From contig CM120641.1 in the NCBI GenBank assembly GCA_051362555.1, positions 41,918,401 through 41,982,400 on the forward strand: a stretch of 64,000 nucleotides of DNA, given 5' to 3'. Both the position numbers and the translations under genes were made by a program. Shown piece after piece: positions 25,801 to 36,934 of the stretch. Origin of the DNA: Lingula anatina (taxonomy: Eukaryota > Animalia > Brachiopoda). The number at the start of each line of letters is the position of its first letter. The first letter of the stretch is position 1. Under the pieces are notes generated by a model. That model was given only the letters and a program-made list of their open reading frames with translations. It did no database searches and had not been told where the DNA came from.

Positions 25801-27029
25801 AAAGGTAACGGTTTTAATAACCGCAAATTAGAAGTTTTAAGTCAAATTCAAATAAACAAAAGGTAGAAAGGTATTGAGTACAAGTTCAATATTTTTGATG
25901 TCAAAAATTGCTCGTTGGTTGAAATTGTAATAGGAAAAGGCAGGAAAGGTGTTTTTTTTTTTTTTTTTTTTTTTTTTTGGTTGATAGCACAATCCAAAAA
26001 ATATATTTTCATTATGTTGATAACAGCTGGACTGGACGTAATGAAAAGCTTTATTAGACACCAAGTTTAAGAAGGCGTGAGCTAATGCATAAAGAGATTG
26101 CCTTATAAGGGAATGTCAAATACTTAATCAACAAAAAAGAACGTTTTATAGATCATACAAAAGACGATAGGGGGAGATAGTTTAGACGCATGATCAGTGC
26201 AGACAGAAACGAGTGTCGAAACCTCTGCATCTGTCTAGCAAAGAGAAGAGATTGGTGAAAAGACTTTGAAAGATAATTAATTAGCGTTGTTATAAATACA
26301 ACAAAACATTATAGGGCGCCGGGGAGTGCAGCTAATGCTACTGTATTAAGAGTACATTTCGTTAGGTAAAGGCTAGAAAGTAGTGATTGACTGTGTTACA
26401 TGTTCCCAATTTTAGTGCTCTCTCTGAAGATTAAAAATTAAGCATTTATTTTAATTCTCCACATTATACATGTGTGTACCTCACTGTGTGAGGCACCAGG
26501 TGATGGAGCTACTCTGTATAGGACTTTTAAGTTTAAACGAGTACAAAATGAGACCGTGATTAACAAGTTTTCTGTACAACTTCAAAATGCACCAAACTGC
26601 ATAATTCAAATAAAAACCCTGGGGTATAGCCCTCCCTCGGAACGATTTATTTAACATTGATCCGTAGATACATTTGTTGGATTACTGTTTCGTGGAACTG
26701 GTCTATCTTGATCACTACTGAGTCAGAGACTCAGATTGAACTGGTGGTGTAATAGGCTATAAGAATTAATGCAGCCCACTGGTTGTTGCGGCGCAATTGG
26801 AATGAAAAAAGTGACGGGTATCATATAAGTAGTCAATAACACTACAGCAGACATTTATTGGCGAATGTCCTTGACTGCCAAGCATGGCAAGATGACAATT
26901 CAGAGGGATATTCCTCTCTCTAACGGACTTCACATGACAAGAACCCACGGCTCTGCGATCCCCTATCCAACCCCTCCACCTCGACAAAGATAGCAAATAT
27001 GATACACATGGGAAAAAGAAGGGACTCAT

Positions 27030-27410
27030 GATCAAAATGTACTCTTTACTCTTCACGAGACTGCATTTCCAAACTTACAATACAAATAAGACGTCAAACA
27101 TACCCGAGTATTCTGGAATTCAAGGTTTAATCGTTAAAATGCGTCGTGATATTGCATCAATACATCGTGCGCCCGAGTCACCAGTTATCTAGACTATCAT
27201 ACTATCTTTCTAATAGGTTAAATAATCGAAAGCTATTGTATCCCGTTATATCATGGAGCACTGACGTGCACCAGCTGATCTCTGTTTATTATACTGTAAC
27301 CAGGTATTAATGTGATCGGTCGTGTTTGATAAGAACCTGTAAAAGTACTTTATATAGGTTCTACTTGATATGCTAGATTTTTCTGTTTCTGAAATCGTAA
27401 CTTTCTGGGG
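27030..27410 (+). pseudogene. Relic promoter and exon 1 of a Shisa-like gene (inverted copy of the gene E 5' end)
   Basis: 27170-27335 is the reverse complement homologue of 33920-34095 (CACCAGTTATCTAGA, ATCGAAAGCTATTG, CCCGTTATATCATG). 27357-27391 GGTTCTACTTGATATGCTAGATTTTTCTGTTTCTG aligns to E exon 1 GGTTACTCGACCTGCGTGGTTTTCCTGTTGCTG. The ATG is lost and I found no exon 2. Confidence 0.7.
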
Positions 27411-27572
27411 TAAAATGATAAATAAATTATAAATTTTGGTCATTAATTATTATTATTATTATTATTTTCGTGCATTTTGATCACTTTACAGATTAACTGG
27501 TGATGTGGGGGTATTGACACCATTGTTGTTAGTACGCTCTGCTGTAATGCGCATTACACTTTTCACTTGCAA

Positions 27573-27603
<31 letters not shown>

Positions 27604-28040
27604 GAACAAAACATAAAAAAATGGTCTAAAATTCACGTAGACAGTACCAATATTTTGTACCCACTCTGGCACTGAAATACGTTATTTCGTGTATAAATGA
27701 ATATTTAAATATGTATGTATCTACAAAGACACTTTAATGTCGTAGGCATTTTAAGGTGTTTATAAACTATACTCATCTTTATGATGACCTATTCTGAAGA
27801 AAAAAAATTGTATTTTACAGCACTATCTTAAAGAATATATGTCAGAATTATATAGTTCGATGTGCGCAGCAGAGACAATGCTTCTGTGAACAGTTTCGTT
27901 CAGCGCCAATTTTCTCTAGTGCTTCAAAAAGAAATAGGAATAAGAGTAAACGGAAAACGTTGCAAGCATGAAAAAATGCAACTTCCTTTCAAAATACAGC
28001 TGTTTTGTGTTACGTCATAGATTTTGTGACGTCATTCGAA

Positions 28041-30013
28041 TCACATGACGTTGTAAGCCACCGGATCTCCCGTGCTAACAGATCTTGCTCGGTGTATAGG
28101 ACATACAGCACAGCAGCAACAACAGCACAGCAATGTACACGTAAGCACCACTGCGAGCGCTATAACAATCAGTCCCACCGCCCAGGCCCTGAAAAACAAG
28201 TCCAAAGAAGTCATTTAGGAAGAATAACTTTAGTCAGAGCAAGGAGTTATAACAGTTATAACTCCTTGGTCAGAGTAAGGAAAGTTTTTGAAACCCACGA
28301 CACGATCATCTAAGCAGCCATGCTAGTAACTGACACAATGCTTCAGAAGTTTCAAAATTGACTGACCAAAATCCATAGAAATCTTTGATCGTAAGTAATA
28401 TGAAAAGAACATTTTAACATATGATCCTGGTTTAAAAAAACACAGAAGTTTCCCATTTATTCCACGGTTTCGGCGAATTACAAAATTAAGGGGGTTAAGA
28501 GGGGAAAATAGGCAACAAAACGACTAATTTACTGAAAAACTGGAGGATCGCAGCACTTTGACGTTGAGCCCACGTGGCAACACACATAGTCGTCTGCATC
28601 GTCTAATGGTCCTGGGCAGTAAAAATCTCTTTTGAATCCTAGAAAAAGAGGTTTTTTTAATCAGTACCAGAATAAGAACCTACCTAAATCACACACAAAA
28701 AATGGCAAAAATGGTTTGTTTTTTCTTCAGGTTTTATCGACTTTATATTTGGTACAATCATTATTATATTATATATTATTCCCAGTGTAAAATATGTGTT
28801 AGTCTACAGCAACCCTATATAGCCTACTACGAGCAAAATGTTAGTGCTTAAAGTGAATATTCTCAAACTGAACTTAAACATAAACTGCCACACCTATCAC
28901 ACTATACACCTGTAGCAAACTTACTGGTAGCTCGCAGTATCTATTCAGCATAAAGCAAACCTGGGTTTCACAAAATGTCACAACAAACACACTGCCATAC
29001 TTGACCATGCCAGACACAAAATGCTTTTGTATTGATACATACACACTGTCACAATAAGCGCAATGTATTTAAAGTATAAAATCTGCATTCGTGCCTCTCA
29101 CACCTAACACAATGGCAAATCTATCACACTATTTCAGGTGGCCCGTTATCGAACACGTTATCAAGATGCCAAACATTGACGGTTTGTCACACCTAACGCA
29201 CTGTTGTGTTTAGCATTGTCACAACCAACACATTTTACCCTACCTGCTCCCGTGCAGTGGTGTTCTCGTCTCCCAGGGCAACAGCCTCGTTCACAGCACC
29301 AAGTATTTCTCGGGGGGTCACCGGGGCCCGGGCAGGATGGTTTGCTGAAATTGGCTGGGCATTTGAAGACTTCTCCGAAAGAAATTTGGACACTGTAGCC
29401 TGCAACTAAACCCATTGGCACATTGTAATAAGACATGCTGTATATCTCACAGCAAAGCAGGAGTATCTTGGTGATAAAAAGGCAGTCTCGGATAAGGGGT
29501 AAATTCTAGAGCTAGGGCGTTTACGCATTGGCCTTTAAAAAAATGACTCCATTAATATGAACGCTAAATAATAACAAACCCCTGAAGAAAGTTTTTTTAA
29601 TCTGCTGTCTGCTCTTAAGGAATCGCTCAAAACGCTTTCCATTCGAGTTCCCACGGAGAAGTTATGTATTTAGGGCTGTGTGATAAAGAAAGTCAATGAA
29701 ATAAACGCGGGTGCGCGCGGGCACACACTTTTGAAATAAAATAATAACAGGTGCAATAATATATATAACGCAAATAGAACAAAATCCTGTCTCCAATCCT
29801 ACCCACCCAATGACCTATCGGATGCATCATTACCTTTAAATAACCTCTGGTGTAACCTTTAATCTGGATACTTAAAACGGATAATAGTTTAAACTTCTTC
29901 TAGATGATCTAAATAGAATAATATTGTGCGATCATCATACTGTAAAGTTTGTGCAGCGCTTATAGCTACTCACCACATAATAGGAAGAAATGGACACCAA
30001 CAGCTGATCTCAT
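28041..30013 (-). CDS. Paralogue D: small Shisa-like type-I membrane protein with two Cys modules, ~149 aa
   Basis: Exons 30013-29974, 29399-29244, 28638-28533, 28188-28041 (450 nt, GT-AG). MRSAVGVHFFLLCGYSVQISFG-EVFKCPANFSKPSCPGPGDPPRNTWCCERGCCPGRREHHCTGAGFKRDFYCPGPLDDADDYVCCHVGSTSKCCDPPVFQ-AWAVGLIVIALAVVLTCTLL-CCCCCCAVCPIHRARSVSTGDPVAYNVM*. The C..FxCP..CC..CC pattern plus TM plus Cys cluster is the Shisa/WBP1/VOPP1-like layout. Confidence 0.85.
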
Positions 30014-31092
30014 TCTATCATTTGTCTTCTGAACGGTTATTATGACGCATGTCACTAATCATGAACATTGCTGTCAAATGGGACGAATGGCTATCTTGTC
30101 AACACATTATGATAAATAACGTGAAACACTATATATCAGATAAGTCGATTTTAATACATTGTGACCGGCAATACGTATCAGTGATTTGCCGGCACTACAG
30201 GTTCAATCACTGTGCCAGTTGTGATACGTGGATAAATATGTAGGATAATAAGGCATAGATTTCATGCACGAAGGCACTGCGTTGATTATGCGGCGTAAAA
30301 GTATTGACATCATATCTCGTCTGTGTTGTAATTTAAATGGTTTATATCAAAAAAGAAGTATTAAAGTGATTTAGATTGGTTCTAATTTTAATATCAACAA
30401 AATAAAAAAATCTCTTTCTATGATTCAACAGTAAATTCTTTATTGCTCTTAGGTATTCGATAAAGCAGACGACCACGTGTGCAGTCACGTGGACTCAATG
30501 ACATAGTGCAGTGTTTCCCCAGCATTTCAGTAAATTATTATTGATATTAATATCAGGTTTGTATGTTGAAATTCCCTGTACCTTTCGTTATACTTCAGTA
30601 CTGCTGATAAAGTTCTGTATCTTTTTAATGTACTTATATCCGTTTGAAGATCGCTGTGTATTTCGAATCAAACCCTTGAAACTTTTAAAACGGCGTATCA
30701 ATCGCTTGGATTGCCGTTTTTAAATTTTTAATGTGAGTGATTTTCCTTATAAATCAACTTTTACTTTGACTGAATTTCTTCTTTCGACATTGTTTCTTTA
30801 ACTTTAGCGGAATTGACTGTTATTAATGCTTTGTTGCTGTTGTTGCTGTGCTCTATGTACGAAGACGGTTTGGGAGGTGCAATGGCCAACTAAATCCCTT
30901 GCTTCGAGTGACGTGAATCTACGGCGTTACATTAACCCTCAGTGACTAAACAGCGGAATTTACGAAGAAAATTTCGCCATACAGCGACAATTTTTCCACG
31001 CGCAAAACTTTTTTCTTCCTTACATCTTTTTGTTCTTGTAGCATTGCAATGAAAAACGGACGCTGTTTCTCAAAAACTCAAAATATATGTGC

Positions 31093-31344
31093 AGGACATG
31101 TCAAAAGAATGAAGGACAATAGGTGGACAATCAGGCTTACAGAATGGACCCCAAGGTATGGACAAAGAAAAAGAGGAAGGCCGGTCAAACGATGGAGGGA
31201 TGAATTAGATGACTACTGGAAGTCTTGGAAGAAGAAACCTTGGCCAAACTGGAAATCTGAGGCTCAGGATAGGAAACAATGGAAAAAGCATGCTGAGGCC
31301 TTTGTCCAACAGTGGAACACTATAGGCTCTAAATGATGATGATG
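31093..31344 (+). mobile_element. RTE-clade LINE 3' fragment with TSD
   Basis: AGHVKRMKDNRWT..EWTPRYGQRKRGRPVKRWRDEL..AQDRKQWK..EAFVQQW*, then a (TGA)n tail. ATATGTGC is duplicated at 31085-31092 and 31345-31352. Confidence 0.85.
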
Positions 31345-32443
31345 ATATGTGCTCATGAGATATGATCCTTTTGTTGATATAAATATTAAATAATTTATTT
31401 ATAGACGATTCTGTGGATCGTGCAGTTGTAAATCTAGTGAACATCATCTATGAATTAAGAAACATGAATTATGAATAAGAATATTCCATCAAACATCTGC
31501 ATGTTACAGTTAATTTGTGCCTACTTCTGACCCGCCAGATCAATAACTAATAGTAATTAAACGACTGAAATAGTATTAACATTGCGCAACATTACCATCT
31601 GTAAAAACATTAAAACAATTGCAGGTAATACTATTCTAACCTTTAAAGAAGCTGTTGGAAGCTAAGCAATGCTTTGAAAATTGTATTTCATTAAAATCAT
31701 GCATACTCTTGATTAAATTTATCAAAATCTTAGGATTCACTCCAATAATATTTACTATTATAAATCCTAAACAAAGTATTAAGGAAATTCCTGGTTGATG
31801 AATATCGATGTTTATTTAATTATGGGTGTCACGCAAGATGTAATAAGTCATATGTGATCTATTTTTACGTTTGGTACACACGCACATGTACATGTACAAT
31901 TATTCATGTTATCGAATTCGTGTTATCTTATCCAATGATAAGGTCTGTACTGACATACGGCCTCGATTCAAATTATTCAGTATGCAAGAACTTATTTGTA
32001 ACATTTATAAAATACCATGTAAGTGAACATAAAGTGTACGATGTTTTTGAACTAGTACAAGAATTAAAACCGCTGTTTAAATGAACAGATTACAGTGCTT
32101 GTGGCATCCGTTGTCCCCGTTATTAACGAAATCAGGTTGACAGAGGGCACATGGCTTATTTTCTTCACTCCCTTCTCGCCCGGGTTGTTTGGTCTTTTTT
32201 TTTTCAACATAATATGCCATGTGCTAAATAAAGAAGAATAATTCTTATTTGTATATTACTTAAATGAAGTACAATTAGGCCTTATTCTCATTTAGAACAA
32301 TGCATATCCATAATATCAAGAGAAAGTCCAGTTATACGGGTTAAGGGTAATACTGACGCAGCTTAAATTCATGTACCGGTAGCGGAACCATTCCAAAATT
32401 TGCCTCCAAAACTCCTTCCCCGCACATTTGGGATTGGATTGTA

Positions 32444-32678
32444 CACACACTGGACAATAGAAGTGTCACCCCCTGAATCAGAGTAATCAAAATTATTAAC
32501 CTGAAGAGGCGGAATATAAGCAATGTCAGAATATCGATACAGTTGAATTGTTCAGTCAGAACAGTTTCTTTTGTGAAATTTGATGTTAGTAAAATGATAC
32601 CAGGAGCATATAATTCCACAGTCATTTATCTCCCCCAAAGTATTTAGTAGGGGTGACACTTATATTGTTCAGTGCATG
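32444..32678. mobile_element. Tc1/mariner-type MITE
   Basis: TIRs CACTGGACAATAGAAGTGTCACCCC / GGGGTGACACTTATATTGTTCAGTG, flanked by TA. A partial copy of the left end occurs at ~15349-15595. Confidence 0.75.
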
Positions 32679-32805
32679 TAGGCGAATCTGCTATTATACG
32701 TAAATTCATAAAGTAATAATCCTCATCTGAAGTTATAGAACAGCATAATATAACTGTAGCATTGTGCATGTAGGTCATTAAAAGACATCCGCAGCCGCCG
32801 TTGTC

Positions 32806-33915
32806 CTACGTATTCCGAAAGATGACATATTCGCTACGTCGGGTGTGATGGCACGGGCAACACGCGCAGCAGCAGCAGCATATACAACACACGCATAAAA
32901 GGAACACCAACACACACACCACTGCTATGACTATAATGGCCCACTCTCTGAAATAGAAAATACAAATAGTGAAACAGAAATTTTAAAGTGAAGGAAGACA
33001 CAGGAAATATATCGAGCGTAAGATGAAAGAGTAAGTAAATGTATAAAGAAAATATATTCTTTGTTGCCTTCTTTCTTGTTATGAATGGGACCATGAAAAA
33101 TTGTGGTACACTGGGATGGAGGAGACATAAACAGACTTACGCTAAACCCTCGGCCGAGCAGCAGGCATCTTCTCTGTTGGCGTCCTTACAGCATATGGTA
33201 TCGAACACGGTTTGGTTGGGGCGGGGGCAGTAAAAGTTCTTCTCGTAACCTGAAAATAAACCATATATTTTGATATTTTATGTTTTCCCCAAAGTGTGTT
33301 AGAGGAATGGATACTGTCATGGTAACTATAAAACAATATCTTAAACATTTTGAGAAATGCCACAGGGTTCATTCTACATTGATTGCGATTCGGAAATGAC
33401 TAAACCATTAGACACAGTTCAAGTCAGAATTATTTGGGAACTTACCGTCCCCACAGTGGTGCTCGCCACGCCCTTTATCGCATCCGTCCGGGGAGCAGTG
33501 TGTGTAATCATCCGGTTGTCCGGGTTGGGGACAGAAAGGGCTCTTTGACGAGTTCGCTGGACATACGAATTTCTTTCTTGCTTGGCAATAAACTGACGCT
33601 GAAATAAAAGGCGTATGTTGTATCTTGAACGTTTAAGTTAGTTTCTTAAGTATCAGCAACGCTCTGTATTTTTGCAATTTCGATTTTATATTGAAAAGAA
33701 TAAAAGGCAACTGCTTGAGAACTTGCACGATGTATGCTAGAAGCAAAAAGAACAGCGATAGCAAACACTCATTACCCTCACATACCTCTCTCTCTTTCTC
33801 TGATACACACGCGCGCGCGCGTGCACACACACACACACTCACTGTACAACTTACTTAAAGCCAGCAACAGGAAAACCACGCAGGTCGAGTAACCAAACAT
33901 GGACATAGAAACCAT
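32806..33915 (-). CDS. Paralogue E: small Shisa-like type-I membrane protein, ~154 aa
   Basis: Exons 33915-33855, 33598-33446, 33249-33141, 32947-32806 (465 nt, GT-AG). MVSMSMFGYSTCVVFLLLALTSVYC-QARKKFVCPANSSKSPFCPQPGQPDDYTHCSPDGCDKGRGEHHCGDGYEKNFYCPRPNQTVFDTICCKDANREDACCSAEGLAEWAIIVIAVVCVLVFLLCVCCICCCCCACCPCHHTRRSEYVIFRNT*. Confidence 0.87.
33060..33131 (+). repeat. Dispersed repeat fragment shared with an ANKIB1 intron (~54135-54205)
   Basis: TTGTTGCCTTCT.TCTTGTTATGAATGGGAC.ATGAAA..GGTACAC.GGGATGGAGGAGACATAAA occurs at both sites. Confidence 0.7.
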
Positions 33916-35140
33916 TGTTACTCGTTAAACACCGCCGATCTCATAAACAGCCAGATACAGTATCATGAATTAATTTAGATCGGTTAATGCAAGTCAGTGT
34001 ATCATGATATAACGGGCAACAATAGCTTTCGATAGTTTGATTTGAAAAGATATCACGATACTCTAGATAACTGGTGAATCAGGCACACGGTATTTGACCC
34101 GACATTTTGATATAGAAAAATGATAATGGGAGGTGTGACAAATCAACACTTCCTGTCCTAAACGGGCTAAGTTTACTACCTGACGTCTTACCCGAAACAG
34201 TGGAAACTGTAATAAATTCTTTAGTCATGTAAGGACGAAAAGATAAGTAACACTGGGTCAGTCTCAGCGCTGCTTTCGAGATACAAAAAATGTGCAGCCC
34301 GGTGACTTAAAATACGGTCAATTAACACAGCATTAGCTGTTCTTACCGTTGTTCAAATTGATATGAATAATTCATGTTTAACATATAAAAACACATATGC
34401 AATGTTGAGCACTGTCAAATTGGCTAGATAGATTATTAAGTTTAATTATGCAACTTATCAGGAAACTATATAACATTCCACAATTTCCCTTGTCCGTTTC
34501 CCAGCTACGGCGCATTTTCAGTACTTCTCCGACTTGTGTATTTGTGCAATTTTCAGAGGCTGCCTAATTATCCATTTAACATACTAGTAATTCTATGTGA
34601 AATAATATGTGGAGCGATACGGATTCTTTCACATCGAGTATCAAATACTGATGACAAATGAGTAATTGAAAAGCAATTCAATAAAGCTAGGTAGTTTCAA
34701 ATTAATGAAGAAGAAACATGGATCCCACTAGGAAATTTATAAGACAGTCCGCTGAATATGACTTAATTATGATACACACTTTAACAGTGAGGAGAGAATT
34801 AAGTTAATTGTTAGTGCGTCCTGCTGCGTTAAGTCCAGGGTAGGCAATCACTCACTATGGCATCGGTTTTAGTAGTGCGCCATCGCAGATTACGAAGATT
34901 TCGTGAAATAGTCATCAAAAATATCATGTATAATATGCAAAATCTTATAAAATCTTGAAAAAAATTTGTTGCTCCAGTTTTTTATTATTTTTATTTTGAA
35001 TTTCATTTATATTTCATTTATATTTATTTATTTATTTATTTATTTATTGTCAATATAGACATACATGCATTTATTTATTAGAATGACTTCATGGCGGCTA
35101 ATATCTATACTCAGGCAACACCTGAAGGAGGGCATGTTAA

Positions 35141-36121
35141 ACACTGTCCAATTATGATTTAACTAAAATATTGCTACTACTTAAACGAAGTAAAAATTGC
35201 AAATTTTTAACCTTGCGACACAACTCTTTAAAATAATCCCAAATACAGTGTGTCCGTTTATGCTATAGTGGCAAAAAAAAAAAAAACACAAGATTTGATT
35301 TGACCACAGTGCTTCAAAATGCCCATACATGTTAGTATGGTCACTGTATTCAGTGACAGAACACCATCTCAGAACGTTCTGCAATAGAGTACTGATACGC
35401 TTGTCTGATTTCAAACGGTTGCTTGCTTTAGATTTTCAGATATTTCTTCTGAACATGCAGAAATAGCTGATCACAATCAATGTTAGTTGACACAGAAATC
35501 AGAAAAACAGAGTTTTGGAGACGAAATTCCATGTTTACATAATGCCACAGCTGTCTGATCTGGACAGGGGTCGTGCATGGATTTTGCCATTAGCACAGTA
35601 TTATGGTTATTGCGGACAATTTCCAGACAGAACTCATGGTAATTGTTTTGATTGGTAGAAAAATCTGACTGGCCAGCGGTACGGAGATAATGTCCTAAGG
35701 GCAGCTGCTGTACCACTCATGCATCAACACCCAACCCTACTCTTGCTCCAGCAGAACAATGCACGTCCCCATACTGCCAGGATAGCACAGGGGTACCTGC
35801 AGCAGGAACAGATCCAGACTTTTCCGTAGCCAGCGTTTAAACCAAATATGTCTCCCATTGTACATACCTGGGGTGAACTGGGCAGATGACTTCATAGCCG
35901 CCAGAAACAGCCTACCACTGTCATAAAGTTGAGAGCTGCACTAGTGGGAGAATGGAAAATGATGCCCCAGGTCCGCATTCGAGGCCTCGTGCGTTCCGCG
36001 AGGAGGAGGGTACTAGCCTGTACTGCAGCCATGTTACTGAACATTACACTACCAGTTATGCAACAATATTGCATGAAAAGGTATATAAAAACTACAGATA
36101 TAAAAAACTTTTTGGCTAGTA
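35141..36121 (+). mobile_element. Internally deleted, decayed Tc1/mariner DNA transposon
   Basis: MPQLSDLDRGRA at 35542; NLTGQRY; LQQNNARPHTARI; PNMSPIVHTWGELGR; LRAALVGEWKMMPQVRIRGLVRSARRRVLAC. These are Tc1 transposase motifs with stops and frameshifts. Ends are approximate. Confidence 0.75.
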
Positions 36122-36809
36122 TATTTGCCCAGGCAGCACTTGCAGCTTGTCGAATTTGCTTGGAGGAGGGCATGGTAAACACTTCATAATTGTGAATCAA
36201 TTAAGAAAATAACGCTATTTTATTATTCAAGGACAATTGAAGATGACATTTTTATTTGTGTGACCCACCCCCTTTGACATAATATTATATATATCAGTGG
36301 ATGATGTCCACCCAGACAACAGCTCGTTGATTTTGCACTGAAAGATGACATGGTAAACACTTCACAGCTATGAATCTATTAAGAGAATAACATCACTTTA
36401 TCATTCATTAAATAATAAAGATGACAAAAGAGTACGTGTGGCTTAAGTGAGAAGCAAACAGTGATTCATGCTTTGCCAAAAGATGCAAACCTCTATCATG
36501 TGTAGTAGATATGTGTAGGAACACACAGAAATTCACATTTTAACTAAAATTGTTCAAAGATTACCACAGTATTTCAATGGAAGTTAACCTAACATTACTT
36601 CATGTTATTGCATCTTGTACATCACCGTTCTGCCCCAGTAACTGTTATTCACGAGGGTCGCTAGGTTATACCTTCTGGACCTTTAAAATGTATAAATTAA
36701 TGGACATAAAGATATCGATAAAAATATTCCAAGCACTCCACATACAAAAGCGGTCATCTCACAGCCATGTTAATGAGGTTAAAAACCGTCCAGTTTTTTG
36801 TCAGCACCT

Positions 36810-36934
36810 ATAATATATCAAACCGGCCAGAATTGGAAATCAAGACCACTCGAGTTTAAGCCCGGGTCAGCAAACGTATAAATACACAGTGTCGACGATG
36901 AAAAACTTATCCAGGCCTGGACACAGCAGCCAAA
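36810..36934 (+). promoter_or_regulatory. TATA promoter/5'UTR of gene C
   Basis: CAGCAAACGTATAAATACACAGTGTC (TATAAA at 36877-36882), 58 nt before the ATG. The block is conserved in A and B. Confidence 0.75.

Noticed and set aside
26766-27056. 96-aa minus-strand ORF as a further exon of gene D
   Set aside because: D terminates at TGA 28041, and the ORF has no similarity to either family.
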